Assembly: GCA_963754925.1 (NCBI GenBank)
Contig: CAVWHX010000012.1
Span: 115,914 to 179,913, forward strand
Direction of reading: 5' to 3'
Source: an uncultured delta proteobacterium
Lineage (GTDB): Bacteria > Myxococcota > B64-G9
DNA length: 64,000 nt
Part shown: piece after piece, positions 51,775 through 62,231 of the stretch
How positions within the stretch are numbered: the stretch's first letter is position 1
Layout: each line of letters opens with the position of its first letter
Program-made: the position numbers and the translations under genes
The notes under the pieces: model-generated
Database searches by the model: none
What the model was told of the DNA's origin: nothing
What the model saw: the letters and a program-made list of their open reading frames with translations, nothing else

Positions 51775-51846
51775 AGCGGGCGATGGGAGTCGAACCCACA
51801 ACGTCAAGCTTGGGAAGCTTGCATTCTACCGCTGAATTACGCCCGC
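51775..51846 (-). tRNA. tRNA-Gly (anticodon CCC), CCA not encoded
   Basis: GCGGGCG acceptor stem, D-arm ATTC-AGCGGTA-GAAT, anticodon arm CAAGC-TTCCCAA-GCTTG, T-arm GTGGG-TTCGACT-CCCAT. Confidence 0.96.
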
Positions 51847-51865
51847 AGAATGACGACCCTCGGTA

Positions 51866-52834
51866 CTATATCTTCCCATAGCTGTCAAGGAAGTTGTCAA
51901 TCTCTCTCATAGTTACAGAAGGTTCCGAATCGGAAGGCTGGATCCTATTGGCGCTGAATTCACCCGGCACCAGTACGCCGGCGTTGCGTCGCGCCCGGAA
52001 GGCCTCGATGTTCTCGAGACTCGAGTCAAGGCCAAGGTTTTTAGCCACCAGGTCCACCATTGACCTATCAACCGCGATGCGTCGCAGCAAGGCCGTCTCG
52101 AACAAACAGTTATCGCAGATCGTATTGATCAGCCGGGGAATACCACGACTATACAGATGTATTCCCTCAACCGCCTTACTAAGAAAAAACATCTTCTTAG
52201 AGCCAGCTATACGTAGACGATGCTTGATATATGCTTCGGTCGACTGTTGGTTGAGCGGTTCGAGTCGGTAGCGCAAGGCCACCCGCTGCGCCAAGGGCGG
52301 GTCAAGCATGAGATTATTTTCTAATTCCGGCAACCCGAAGAAGACAAAGGACAACAGCTTACGCTCCGGCATCTCGAGATTGAGCAGGCCCCTGAATTCC
52401 TCCATAATTTCTCGATTTTGTAGCATTTGTGCTTCATCGATCAATACTACCGACTTTTTGCCGAGCTCATACAGCCGCACCAAGCGTTGGTAGAGCTGAG
52501 TGAGCAATGTCAGTTTGTCATCCGATGGGTTATCAACACCCAGCTGCAAGGCCAGTCGGCGCAGTAGCCAAATGGCGGTGATGCCGGCATGAATAATTAC
52601 CAACAGAGCGGCTTCAAATTGGGCTTCGGGAAGGTTATCAAGCATCCGGCGCGCCAGGGTCGTCTTGCCTGCACCAATGTCCCCAACGCACACCGCTAAT
52701 CCACGCATATTGGTCATGGCGAACATAAGACGCACCATAGCCTGCTCATGTTGCTCGCTGTTGAAATAAAAGCGATTGACCGGTGAGTTTGAAAACGGTT
52801 CCTGTGCTAGTTGAAAGTGTTCGAGATAATTCAT
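51866..52834 (-). CDS. ExeA/GspA-family AAA ATPase
   Basis: YLEHFQLAQEPFS, GDIGAGKTT, LIDEAQML, GIPRLINTICDN. Confidence 0.92.
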   Translation of the reverse strand: MNYLEHFQLAQEPFSNSPVNRFYFNSEQHEQAMVRLMFAMTNMRGLAVCVGDIGAGKTTLARRMLDNLPEAQFEAALLVIIHAGITAIWLLRRLALQLGVDNPSDDKLTLLTQLYQRLVRLYELGKKSVVLIDEAQMLQNREIMEEFRGLLNLEMPERKLLSFVFFGLPELENNLMLDPPLAQRVALRYRLEPLNQQSTEAYIKHRLRIAGSKKMFFLSKAVEGIHLYSRGIPRLINTICDNCLFETALLRRIAVDRSMVDLVAKNLGLDSSLENIEAFRARRNAGVLVPGEFSANRIQPSDSEPSVTMREIDNFLDSYGKI

Positions 52835-52894
52835 GAGATTGCCTAAACCGGTTAATTTCTTGAATACCTATCCACCGGGCGTTGCCTTCAATTA

Positions 52895-55800
52895 TTACAT
52901 ATACGTAATCTTACCCTTGTCTGCCGGCCTATGCGGCTCAGTCGGCGCTTTTGGATCGATCGCGCCATCGTCGTTTCCTATCGCCGAACGTTTGAGAAGC
53001 TCCAATCGAGCGCCAATATCACGGAAATGGTCGTCACGTTTTTGAACCTGCTGATAAAATGCCAGCGCCTGGGTCAGATTGTTTTGCAGCTCGAAAGCAC
53101 GGCCAATTTCATAATACAAGCCGGTCTTTTCCTGATCCAAAATCGATGGCTCGTTGAGAGCTTTTCTGAAGAAGCTAATCGCATCGTTATAGTGTGCTTT
53201 TTCAATATGGCACAACCCAATGAGCGTTAGGGCGGAGATCCGTCTTTTGGCGTCATGAGAAGCAATCTCAAACTCACAAACGGCGTCGTCAACGAGCCCC
53301 ATTTCTTTGTACGCAATGCCCAAATCGAAATGGGTGGCCGAATCTTCCTTTTCCACCACCCGCTCGACACCTTTTTTGAATTCGGATAACACATCCTCGG
53401 CGCTGTATTGAAACTCATCTAACGGCGCCGCAGCGATGTCATCAATCGCTTGGGATTCGATCTCCTTCGCCAAATCGAAGGCATCGGTACCTCCCGCGCT
53501 GCCTACCGCACCCGAACTCGTCGATCGATCTGTAGGAATCTGAGCAGGTATTGATTGGGATTGGCGGAGCTGTTCAATCCGAGTGAGGCGCTGCCGAACG
53601 TCAATTCGCCCGGAATAGCGCAGTTTGAGATCCTGTATGGCGTCTTCGGCCTCGTCCACCAGATTCTGCTGAATGAAAAAATCTACTTCTTCAATGGCTT
53701 CTTCGACTTCGGCATCGTCCTCCGACTCTTCGACTACCGGGGACGCTTCTGATTCTTTTGACGCATCTGCTTGGATTTCTGCTTCGGCTTGATCTGCTTT
53801 GGCCTCTTCCGCTTCTACCACTAGTTCTGCTTCGTCCTCTCGTTCTGCACCATCAATAACGTCGGCGGACTCCTCGCTATCGGCATCCGCGGATCCTATG
53901 AGGATTTCATCACCTATCAGATCGTGGCCTTCTTCCCCTTGACTAAGCAACTCCACATCACGGTGCTCGAGTAACCCATCGTCGCCAAGCACTGCATTGT
54001 CAATGTCGGTCTCTTCTCCTTCGGCGTCGAGCAATAGTTCGTCGGCATACTGATCAGGCCCAGCATCAGTGGACTCGCCCTCGATCAATACTTCCTGATC
54101 GCGGCTTTGAACCCCGACCGCCGTATCGTGGCCGAGAATAGCGGCCGAACCAAGCGGTGGCGGTTTCGTTCCATGGTCTGGCGTAACCCTACCCTCTGCC
54201 GGCTTGAGTGTTTCTTTCGGAATTGAGCGAAGATACAGTGTCGTCGGGGCCTCTGATAAATTCGCTCCTTCGAGGCTCTCTTCAGCATCAAGTGATACGT
54301 CGGCATCCAGGGAAAGTTCGTCGATATCTTCATCGGCGACAAAGTCACCGTCTTGTTCGAGATCGATGAACTCCGTCTCATCGTCCAATTCTTCGACCGT
54401 GAGATCCGCTGGGGAATCGGAAATCTCATCGACTGACAATTCATCTTCCGGGGCCAGGGGTTCATCCATTTTTTCACTTGACTGAGCCGCCCCCTCATCA
54501 TCAACCTCGATGGCGAAGTCCACGTCCGCGATCAAGGGTTGCTCGTCGAGATCGAAATCCGCTCCCTGATCCAAAAGCACATCATCGCCGGCGTTGGGGT
54601 GAGAAGGGCGTTGATCAACCTCCAATCCTAGTTCAGCTGCGAGCGCCAGGCCCTGCGGATGATCGGGCGCAATCGTAAGCAGCGAGCCCACATGACCGCG
54701 CGCGTCTTCCAGCATCCCCCGACGCGAGGTGAGGTACGCGAGGTTGAGCATTTGCTGGGCGGCATTTTCCCGCTGACCGGCCATCAGGTACAGATCCCGA
54801 AGCTTAGTGTGCGCTTCGATGTTGTCTGAATCCATCTCGAAGATCCGGTTGAGGTGCTGAATGGCTTTGCTCTGCAGCCCGTACTTGATATAGACATCGG
54901 TTTCGGTGAGAAGCCGGGAGACCGAACTGCGCGCCTGTTCCGAGATCGACGCGGGAGCACGTGGCCGCGCGTATTTGACCGTAACCTCAGGCTCATGAGG
55001 CCTCAACGTCAGGTTCGGTGAGGTCGATTTGACCACCTTTGTCGGCGGTGCATGCAGCGACACTTGGGTTTGGTCTTCAATGGCAGAATCATCCACCTCC
55101 GAAAAAGAGAAGCCGCCACCCGAGAGATACCGACTCGCTACCGGATCGTCTGGAGCGATCTCAAGAATACGCTGAAATATTTCCCGCAGCTTGTCGCTGG
55201 CGCCGCCTTTTTGATAGATGTTGGCCATCTCTTTGTAAACCGAAACGGTCTTCGAGAGTTGATGAAGATCACGAAACGATGTCGCAAGCATTTGCAGGGT
55301 ATCCAGGTCGTGGGGATCCGCTTTAAAACAGATCTGTAGCTTTGCCAATGCGCGTTTCGTATCGCCCTGCTGAAGGTAGGCGCCCGCCAGTTCTTTAATC
55401 AGCGTGATATTGGAGGCGTCATGGTAGATCAATCGCTCAACAACCTTGACAAAATCCTCCATGCGGTTTTGTCTTTTCAAATCCAGAGCCGCCCGTCCAA
55501 ATTCGGCAACGGCCTCGGAGACCATTTTCTCGCGGGAGTAGAGCTCGGCGAGTTTTATTCGATTGGCAATGTTCTCAGTATCAAGCTCGACGATACGCTG
55601 GAGAATGCCGAGCATATCGCGAGTCTTGCCCTGCTGATCATAATTGCTCACCACGGTCTGGAGGTGGTTCATGGCGTCCGAGATAATCCCCAAATTTTGG
55701 TACTCGTCCGCCAGGCGAAGATTCACGTCCACCCGGGTATTATCAATTTTCAAGATCTCGTTTAAAAACGGCTACTGCCTTGAGATGAAATCCTTGTTGG

Positions 55801-56009
55801 GAATAGGTTGAGGCCACTTGCAGGTAGGTGCCAATAGCTTCGCCTTTTTCACCAACTCGAACGAGCAAATCGCCTTTTTTAAGAAGCGTACGAACGTCAT
55901 TGGCATCTTCGGCAAGGATTTTTTCATACTCTTTGATCGCCTTTTTGATCTGGCCTTTCTGGACAAACTTGAGGGCGTTGTCGTTTATTTTATTTTTATT
56001 GATCGCCAC
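52895..56009 (-). CDS. sgmX: SgmX-like TPR protein (type IV pilus polarity); frameshift near 55760
   Basis: N-terminal KNKI..A.KFVQKGQIKKAIKEY...GFHLKAVAVFK joins ILKIDN after removing one base; acidic linker; C-terminal FKKGV...EDSATHFDLGIAYKEMGL TPRs; synteny with efp, roadblock, pilQ, exeA-like, tamB. Confidence 0.8.
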
Positions 56010-56192
56010 AATGAACCTTCTTTAGAAACATCAACCTCACACCTCCTCGTCGTTATAACCGTGGAAGTGTAAAATCCGCGCAAAGATACAATTACCCACT
56101 GCCGTATCAGCCAGCAGACCCCTATCAACCATTGCCTGCTTCTGAAAATGTCTTATGTAACAAGTTGTTCCAAAGCAGGCGGTTGCGATTGC

Positions 56193-56221
56193 ATTATATC
56201 TTTTTCAGAAATTTCCGTCAA
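56193..56221 (-). promoter_or_regulatory. Sigma-70 promoter upstream of the sgmX-like gene
   Basis: TTGACG-17 nt-TATAAT. Confidence 0.72.
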
Positions 56222-56344
56222 ATCATTTGCCTGTTACGGGGGTTTTGGACATTAAAAACCTGCCTGATAGCGAGAATTGTAGCTTTATAGAGATTATTGA
56301 ACCGGTAAGCTGATACCATCGGTAACAAGAGTTTTGACTATGGA

Positions 56345-56905
56345 TTACCTGACTCTTTCGACGTACAACCCGCTGCGGGTATCGATCCTAATTTTATCCC
56401 CCTCCTTGATGAACAAGGGAACCTGAATGGTGGCGCCTGTCTCCAGGGTAGCCGGTTTTGTGCTCCCCGCTGCGGTATCGCCCTTGAAGCCCGGTTCGGT
56501 GTTCGCGACGGTCAACTCCACGAAATTGGGGAGATCAACCGTCAGCGGTTTTCCGTTGTGCAAGAGAACGGTGACCTGAACGCTTTCCTGGAGAAACGCC
56601 TCCTGGCCCGCGAGATTTTCTTTATCGATGAACAGTTGCTCATAGGTCGAGTTATCCATAAAGCAGTAGCGGTCGGCCTCACCATAGAGGTACTGCATCT
56701 GCTTTTCTTCAAGATCGGGCGTATCAACCTTGTCGCCCGACTTAAAGGTGCGCTCATTGACGTTGCCGGTGGTGAGGCTTTTCAGCTTGGTGCGCACAAA
56801 CGCGCTACCCTTGCCTGGTTTGACGTGTTGAAACTCGATAATAATAAACGGTTCGCCATCAAGTTCAATCTTCAAGCCTCTTCGAAAATCGCTGGTGGAA
56901 TACAT
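56345..56905 (-). CDS. efp: Translation elongation factor P
   Basis: FQHVKPGKGSAFVRTK, TEPGFKGDT, KPATLETG, IDTRSGLYVER. Confidence 0.98.
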   Translation of the reverse strand: MYSTSDFRRGLKIELDGEPFIIIEFQHVKPGKGSAFVRTKLKSLTTGNVNERTFKSGDKVDTPDLEEKQMQYLYGEADRYCFMDNSTYEQLFIDKENLAGQEAFLQESVQVTVLLHNGKPLTVDLPNFVELTVANTEPGFKGDTAAGSTKPATLETGATIQVPLFIKEGDKIRIDTRSGLYVERVR

Positions 56906-57053
56906 GGGGTTGGTTGCACCTCGTCTTCAAAATAATCAAAAGAAAAGTCTAACTATCATGTAATACGCTACACAAGAAAGAGAAATTATTTCAGCAAAAT
57001 GCCATCGCATTTTTCAGGATACTGACCCTTGTCCTCTACCATGAATATCACAC

Positions 57054-57410
57054 TTAGGATAGTTCTTGTATCAGGGGGAGGCTGTGCAGCCGCAAGGCGT
57101 AACGCCCTTTGCCCACCAGGCTTTCGGGAGGAAGAAACAGGGCCACAAAGTACTCGTCGCGCAACAAGCGAACCAACAAACATTTCTTCTTAGATGTTAT
57201 GACAACCTCCTGAAGATCATCTCCCACCGCTGTGGTGAGCGCTTCCATGGTCTGGCGCAGCGGACCGGAGAGCTCGATCAGAATCGTCTCCATATCCAGA
57301 TCATCGCCGCACGTGTGCTGGGCAACGCTAATGCCGTCAAAGCTCATGACCACTGCGCCCTGGCACCCTGGCACCGAGGCGCACAGGCTTTCAAGCTCAG
57401 TCGTGAACAT
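57054..57410 (-). CDS. Roadblock/LC7 protein (MglC-like)
   Basis: VPGCQGAVVMSFDGISV and GKGRYALR; position between the pil operon and efp as recalled for mglC. Confidence 0.78.
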   Translation of the reverse strand: MFTTELESLCASVPGCQGAVVMSFDGISVAQHTCGDDLDMETILIELSGPLRQTMEALTTAVGDDLQEVVITSKKKCLLVRLLRDEYFVALFLPPESLVGKGRYALRLHSLPLIQELS

Positions 57411-57438
57411 CGAACCTCCTCTGAAGCAACCTCCCCGC

Positions 57439-57765
57439 TTAGGCTTCCCGGGCGGTCAATCGCTTCATTAGTTTTTGGAGCACTGCCAACCGGCGCTCTC
57501 GTAGCGAAAGCGTTGGGGGTTGAGGTTCGCCCCTGAGCATCGCCAAGAGGCGTTTGAGAATCGCAAGCCGCTTCTCGTGGTTTAATTGACTTCCCCCAGA
57601 TCGATTCGCCAGTAACTCTTCGCAGTGCGCCAAACCGTGAGAGATAGAACTGCTCGACGGGTCCTGTTTATGCAACAGCTTGAAAATCGGCAGCGCCTTC
57701 TCCGGATGCCCTTGGTCCAAATACAACCGCGCCAACGTTTCTGTTTCGAACGCGTCTTGTACCAT
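57439..57765 (-). CDS. Small TPR-like protein
   Basis: TETLARLYLDQGHPEKALPIF TPR-like motif; C-terminal duplicated helix (EKRLAILKRLL / ERRLAVLQKLM). Confidence 0.72.
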   Translation of the reverse strand: MVQDAFETETLARLYLDQGHPEKALPIFKLLHKQDPSSSSISHGLAHCEELLANRSGGSQLNHEKRLAILKRLLAMLRGEPQPPTLSLRERRLAVLQKLMKRLTAREA

Positions 57766-57801
57766 GGCAGCCTGCTCTTTCCCCTGAGATCAGTAACTAG
57801 T

Positions 57802-57830
57802 TAACTAGCTGATTGTGTGATTATTGTCAA
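57802..57830 (-). promoter_or_regulatory. Putative sigma-70 promoter
   Basis: TTGACA-17 nt-TAGTTA upstream of ATG 57765. Confidence 0.45.
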
Positions 57831-57880
57831 GGAGTTGGCCACATGAATTCCCGGGCACTCTGAAGATTCTCTCACTCTCT

Positions 57881-58615
57881 TTAGCACGAGCAAGGCTGGG
57901 GAGAGTCCTGCCCGGAAATACAAAAATTTGCCGCTGTCGGCGTGGTTGCGGCCGGACAGCACATGAGCCCGACTGTGCAACCAAGACAGAATCTCACCGG
58001 ATACACAAATTCGTTCGATTTAACTGAAACCCCGCCTAAGGTATGACCATAGATGGTGACGTGCGCTTCGAGCGAAACGATTTGCATGTCATCGGTGGTG
58101 AGCTCGGTCCTAAACAGATCACCGACAACCGAAGAGAATAACGGCATGCTTGTTACCATCATACCCGGCGTACCGGAGGTGTCGGCAGACGAGATTACTC
58201 CGCTCAGAGGCGCAATGAAAGGATCTTGCTTCTCGATACTCGTCAATATCGGATCTGCCGCGATGATGCTGCTTCCTGGCGGCGACCAGGAGTAGGTGAC
58301 TTCGGCTTTCTCGATTTGAACTGCCAGGGTGTCAAGTTGACTTTCAGAGCTGGTACCAGTTGAAGAAGTAATAAGATTGCTCGGCATGTTGTTCTCTATC
58401 TGTGGAAAAAACCAATAAACATCCCTCGTACTCAGATCAAGCAATCCGCTAGGTACAAATATGTACGTTGTTCCCGTTTGAACGCTCCATTTACACGAAG
58501 TATCCGGCGCCACATTAAAAACGATAGCCACTGACGCATCATTGTTAACACAACTGAGTTCCATACCTACCAAGATCAGAGCGAGGGTTCCTACTCCAAC
58601 CCAATTAGCTTTCAT
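57881..58615 (-). CDS. Lipoprotein downstream of pilQ
   Basis: AGGAGG SD; lipobox ELSC; GHTLGG...SNEFVYPVRFCLGC...CC...C..GQD..C C-terminus. Confidence 0.78.
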   Translation of the reverse strand: MKANWVGVGTLALILVGMELSCVNNDASVAIVFNVAPDTSCKWSVQTGTTYIFVPSGLLDLSTRDVYWFFPQIENNMPSNLITSSTGTSSESQLDTLAVQIEKAEVTYSWSPPGSSIIAADPILTSIEKQDPFIAPLSGVISSADTSGTPGMMVTSMPLFSSVVGDLFRTELTTDDMQIVSLEAHVTIYGHTLGGVSVKSNEFVYPVRFCLGCTVGLMCCPAATTPTAANFCISGQDSPQPCSC

Positions 58616-58656
58616 ACATTCCTCCTATCAAAGCGCGCTCCCCATAAACATAGACT

Positions 58657-60909
58657 CTACTGTTGAGAAACCGTCTGTTGGAGGCGATTGACGATGCGCG
58701 GGGTGATGAAGATGAGCAGTTCGGTCCGATCATCTTCGTGACTGGTATGACGGAAGAACCAACCTAAGATCGGGATGCGAGAGAGAAACGGTATCCCGCT
58801 AAAGCTATCCGAGGTCGTTCGGGTAAAGATACCACCGATCACGGTGGTATCGCCATCGCGCACCATAACCCGGGTCTCGGCTTCTTTCTTTGTTATGGTG
58901 GGATCGCCTTGGGCGCCCGTGCGCGAGAAATCCGGCTCGTTTTTGGTGATCTTAATCACCATCACAATGCTGCCTTCGCGCGTAACGTGCGGGGTAACTT
59001 CCAGTTGCAGCTTGGCGTCCACAAAGACCGTATTCACGCCGGCGGCGGAAGTTACGCTGATGGGAATAGATGTCCCCTGACCGATCACGGCCTTTTGGTT
59101 GTCCAAGGTAGTAATCTTCGGCGCGCTGATTATCTTGACCGTGCCCCTATTCTCTAATGCAGACAAACGTAAGTTCAACTGGTACGCGCCGTTGGCTGAG
59201 CCCAAGATTAATCCCAGCGCCCCGCCGGATCCGGCGCCTACCGCCGCCGGCAGGTTGATGGCAAAATTGCCAGGATTGGCGGTTCCCGAGGTGGTCGTGT
59301 TTGTGGTCGAATCATCGGCGCCGCCTTTCACGCCGATGGTGCTCGGAAAGGCCAAACCGGTCGGATTGCCGGTGGCGGAGGAGAAGCCCAAATTGCCGCC
59401 CCATTGCACGCCGACTTCGCGCAGGAAAGTCGTATTGGCCTCGACTACCCGCGCTTCAATAAGCACTTGAGGAGTCTCGGAGTCAAGAGAGCGCACCAGG
59501 CCTTCCGCCTTAACCACGTTCTCAAGAATATCTTTTACTATCAGTACGTTGGTTCGTTTATCGATCGCCACGGTTCCGCGATCGCTGAGGAGGTTCTTTA
59601 TCTGTTTCTCGAGATCGATGGCATCCGCAAAGTTGACCGATATGACCCGCACGCGCAACGGCTCGATCACTTTTTTTATCTCGGCCGCTTTCTGTAATAG
59701 CTCCTGCTCCTTAGTGATCTCCTCGAGCGGGGCGATGCGGATGATGTTATCGTGCTGAACCTTTCCGAGCTTCTTGGTTTTAAGAATAATGTCCAAGGCC
59801 TGATCCCACGGAACGTTGCGCAGGGTGATGGTGATCTTGCCCTTGACATCGTCGCTGGTGATAATATTTATCTTGGCAACTTCGGCGATCAACCGCAGGA
59901 TATTGTGGATATCGGCATCTTTAAAGTCCAGCGAGATTCGCCTGCCTTGAAAGCTTTGCCGTCTACCGCCGTCTCCCTCCTCCGGGGCCAGGGCTGGATT
60001 TTGAACGCTATACCCGGCGACCTCGTCGGGCGCATAGCTGTAATCAGCGCTTTCGTTCAGCTCATCCTCGGCCTTCGTCGACTCGGCAGAGGCTGGATTC
60101 GCAAGGGTCACCGAACGCGCATCAGGCGTTTCCGTCGATGGCGACGCGCGGGTTTGAGCCGAGCGGGACTCGATCGGCTTCGGCGGCACTACCTGTGGCA
60201 CAGCGGCTGTCGAGGGCTCCGGCTTGGTTGACACTGCTTCCGTAGTCTTCTTTAATACCGGTTTCTCGGCTGGTTTTTGCGCCACCGTTAGCTGATCGCT
60301 TGCAACCGAAGGTGATGTTGCGCTCGACGTTTTGGAGAACATAACGCGATCTGATTTTTCAGCCACCGGCTCTTTGTCAAACGCAATGCGCAGGCCCCGA
60401 GCGATTTTCTCCACCCGATACTCCGGCCGTTTGCCGCCGGCGCAATCCAGTACTATGCGTACCCTGTCTTTATGCTGGGCCATCCGAACACGGTCCAACA
60501 CCTTGCCCGAGACCTTTGGTTCCGATATTTTTGACCCCACCGACGCCCCGTATACATCGATTACCAACCGAAAGGGTGAAAATACCTCCAGCACCTCGTA
60601 CGCGGCTACCGGCTGGCCGACGAGCACGGTAACGGAATCATCGGTGCCGGTGGTCACGCGACGGATGGTCGATGGTCGAGCGCTCTGCTTGTCCCCAAAC
60701 TGTTCCACCACGCGAAAGTCCGGTTCGGAGCTTATGACGGCTCCAGCGTCAGCAGGAGTTTCAGACACCGGCGCCACGGCGTTGGCCGCTGCCGTGACCC
60801 CCGTGATAGCATCGCCCGATTTATTCTCCCCCGCCTGCTGCGCGGCGATGCCTGCAACCAGAAACCCAGGAATCACCACGAGGCCCATGAGGATATTGCG
60901 AGATGCCAT
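58657..60909 (-). CDS. pilQ: Type IV pilus secretin
   Basis: AMIN domain (PFRLVIDV...RVRIVLD), ISLDFKDADIHN, VPWDQALD, QVLIEARVVEA, GIPFLSRIPILGWFF, ELLIFITPRI; start ATG 60909 with AAGGAG. Confidence 0.97.
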   Translation of the reverse strand: MASRNILMGLVVIPGFLVAGIAAQQAGENKSGDAITGVTAAANAVAPVSETPADAGAVISSEPDFRVVEQFGDKQSARPSTIRRVTTGTDDSVTVLVGQPVAAYEVLEVFSPFRLVIDVYGASVGSKISEPKVSGKVLDRVRMAQHKDRVRIVLDCAGGKRPEYRVEKIARGLRIAFDKEPVAEKSDRVMFSKTSSATSPSVASDQLTVAQKPAEKPVLKKTTEAVSTKPEPSTAAVPQVVPPKPIESRSAQTRASPSTETPDARSVTLANPASAESTKAEDELNESADYSYAPDEVAGYSVQNPALAPEEGDGGRRQSFQGRRISLDFKDADIHNILRLIAEVAKINIITSDDVKGKITITLRNVPWDQALDIILKTKKLGKVQHDNIIRIAPLEEITKEQELLQKAAEIKKVIEPLRVRVISVNFADAIDLEKQIKNLLSDRGTVAIDKRTNVLIVKDILENVVKAEGLVRSLDSETPQVLIEARVVEANTTFLREVGVQWGGNLGFSSATGNPTGLAFPSTIGVKGGADDSTTNTTTSGTANPGNFAINLPAAVGAGSGGALGLILGSANGAYQLNLRLSALENRGTVKIISAPKITTLDNQKAVIGQGTSIPISVTSAAGVNTVFVDAKLQLEVTPHVTREGSIVMVIKITKNEPDFSRTGAQGDPTITKKEAETRVMVRDGDTTVIGGIFTRTTSDSFSGIPFLSRIPILGWFFRHTSHEDDRTELLIFITPRIVNRLQQTVSQQ

Positions 60910-60976
60910 AGATACTCTCCTTCGCCAAAAACGGGCTATACCAAAAGCCTTGAAACCATCGTTTGTGCCCTGGCGC

Positions 60977-61561
60977 TTACAGTTCGTTTTCTTTATCCTT
61001 CTCAAGGGTTAAGTGGATGGTGTTTACCCCTTTGGCACCTTTCCCATCGCGGAATTCCTCGGTAACTACCACCTCATTATGGGAAATCCGCGCCACCCGC
61101 CCAAAATTCTTGCCGACCAGGGTACCCAACTGCACAATGTAGCCTTTGCCGTCCGGCGCTTCCACCATGGCCTTCGGTTGAGCGACCCCAAATATGACCG
61201 CGACGAGTTTGAGCTGATCGATCTCAAACATCTGCAAGGGACTGCTGGGGAGCTCAGTCTTTCCGGCCCCCGGCCGACTCTCTTCTTTGTAGAAGGACCA
61301 AAAGGGATCCCTCTTTCCCACTGCACTGTATTCAAACGTCGACGGTTGAGGGCCGCTCTCAAGGCTTCCCATGACCGGTTAAACCGGGGCTTCCTGTTTT
61401 TGCGGGCTTGGTTTGGCAGCGTATTCCGGGAAATCCGCTGCGTCTTCCCCTGGTTTTTTACCGCAGCCGATCATCAACCCGAACAAAGCGCAAAACAAAA
61501 GGATGAGGAAAACCCGTGGTGACCAACCTGCCGGCATAATGTGATGCCCCCTTCCTCTCAC
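60977..61561 (-). CDS. pilP: Type IV pilus lipoprotein PilP, interrupted by an in-frame TAA at 61379-61381
   Basis: Lipobox MIGC in 61379-61561; in-frame continuation YSAVGKRDPF, PLQMFEIDQLKLVAV, AMVEAPDGKGY, VGKNFG. Confidence 0.9.
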
Positions 61562-61570
61562 TTAGCCTCC

Positions 61571-62185
61571 TTATTTGGCCGTAGCCGCGGGCGCGCCATT
61601 AGTTGGAACAGCCGCCTGCTCGGGTATCGAACGAAATGTCCGAGCAAGGCAGGAGGCTTTAAGCACTATCTTCCCGTTATAAACCTGTGGATCGTGCAGG
61701 GAAATGTCAGAGATGTGAATGATCCGATTCTCCTTCGTTATCAGAGAGAAAAACGACGCAATCTCGTGATAGTTGCCTTCAATCTCCATCTTTACGGGGA
61801 TCTCGGCATAGAAATTCTGCCGCACCTCGGGTTGCGGGGTTAATTTGATGATGCGCATGTCCGATTTCTCGGAGAGCTTTGTCAGCGTCTTGAGAAGCTG
61901 ATCCATGCTGGCATCGTCGGGTAGGTTCTTCTTCGCTTCATCCAACTGCTTGCGGTAGCTATCCAACCGTTCGAAAAATTCTTTCCGTTGGGCGGCAATC
62001 GCGCGCTTCTCAGTGACATTATTTTTAAGCTGATTGAGCGTCACGGACAATCGATCGATTTCACTCCGTTGGTTCCGATAAACAGTCCAGTAGTACATCC
62101 CGCCCATAAGAGCAACGACCGTCGCCAGAAGCGCGATCTTTTGCTGTAACGGCGTCTTCTGAATGAAGGCCAATAACTTATCCAT
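61571..62185 (-). CDS. pilO: Type IV pilus alignment protein PilO
   Basis: TM, coiled coil, FYAEIPVKMEIEGNYHEIASFF...RII; operon order. Confidence 0.95.
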   Translation of the reverse strand: MDKLLAFIQKTPLQQKIALLATVVALMGGMYYWTVYRNQRSEIDRLSVTLNQLKNNVTEKRAIAAQRKEFFERLDSYRKQLDEAKKNLPDDASMDQLLKTLTKLSEKSDMRIIKLTPQPEVRQNFYAEIPVKMEIEGNYHEIASFFSLITKENRIIHISDISLHDPQVYNGKIVLKASCLARTFRSIPEQAAVPTNGAPAATAK

Positions 62186-62231
62186 AGTGTTCTTTTCGCC
62201 TCTCGATGGCGAGCATTCACGCCGCTTGTGC

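Noticed and set aside
51866..52834. ExeA-like ATPase as evidence of a type II secretion cluster or a TnsC-like transposon ATPase
   Set aside because: No other gsp or tns genes nearby; the context fits the sgmX-linked housekeeping block.
53650..54600. Highly acidic low-complexity stretch as a separate repeat element
   Set aside because: It is the disordered acidic linker expected between the TPR blocks of SgmX-like proteins; no DNA-level tandem repeat is visible.
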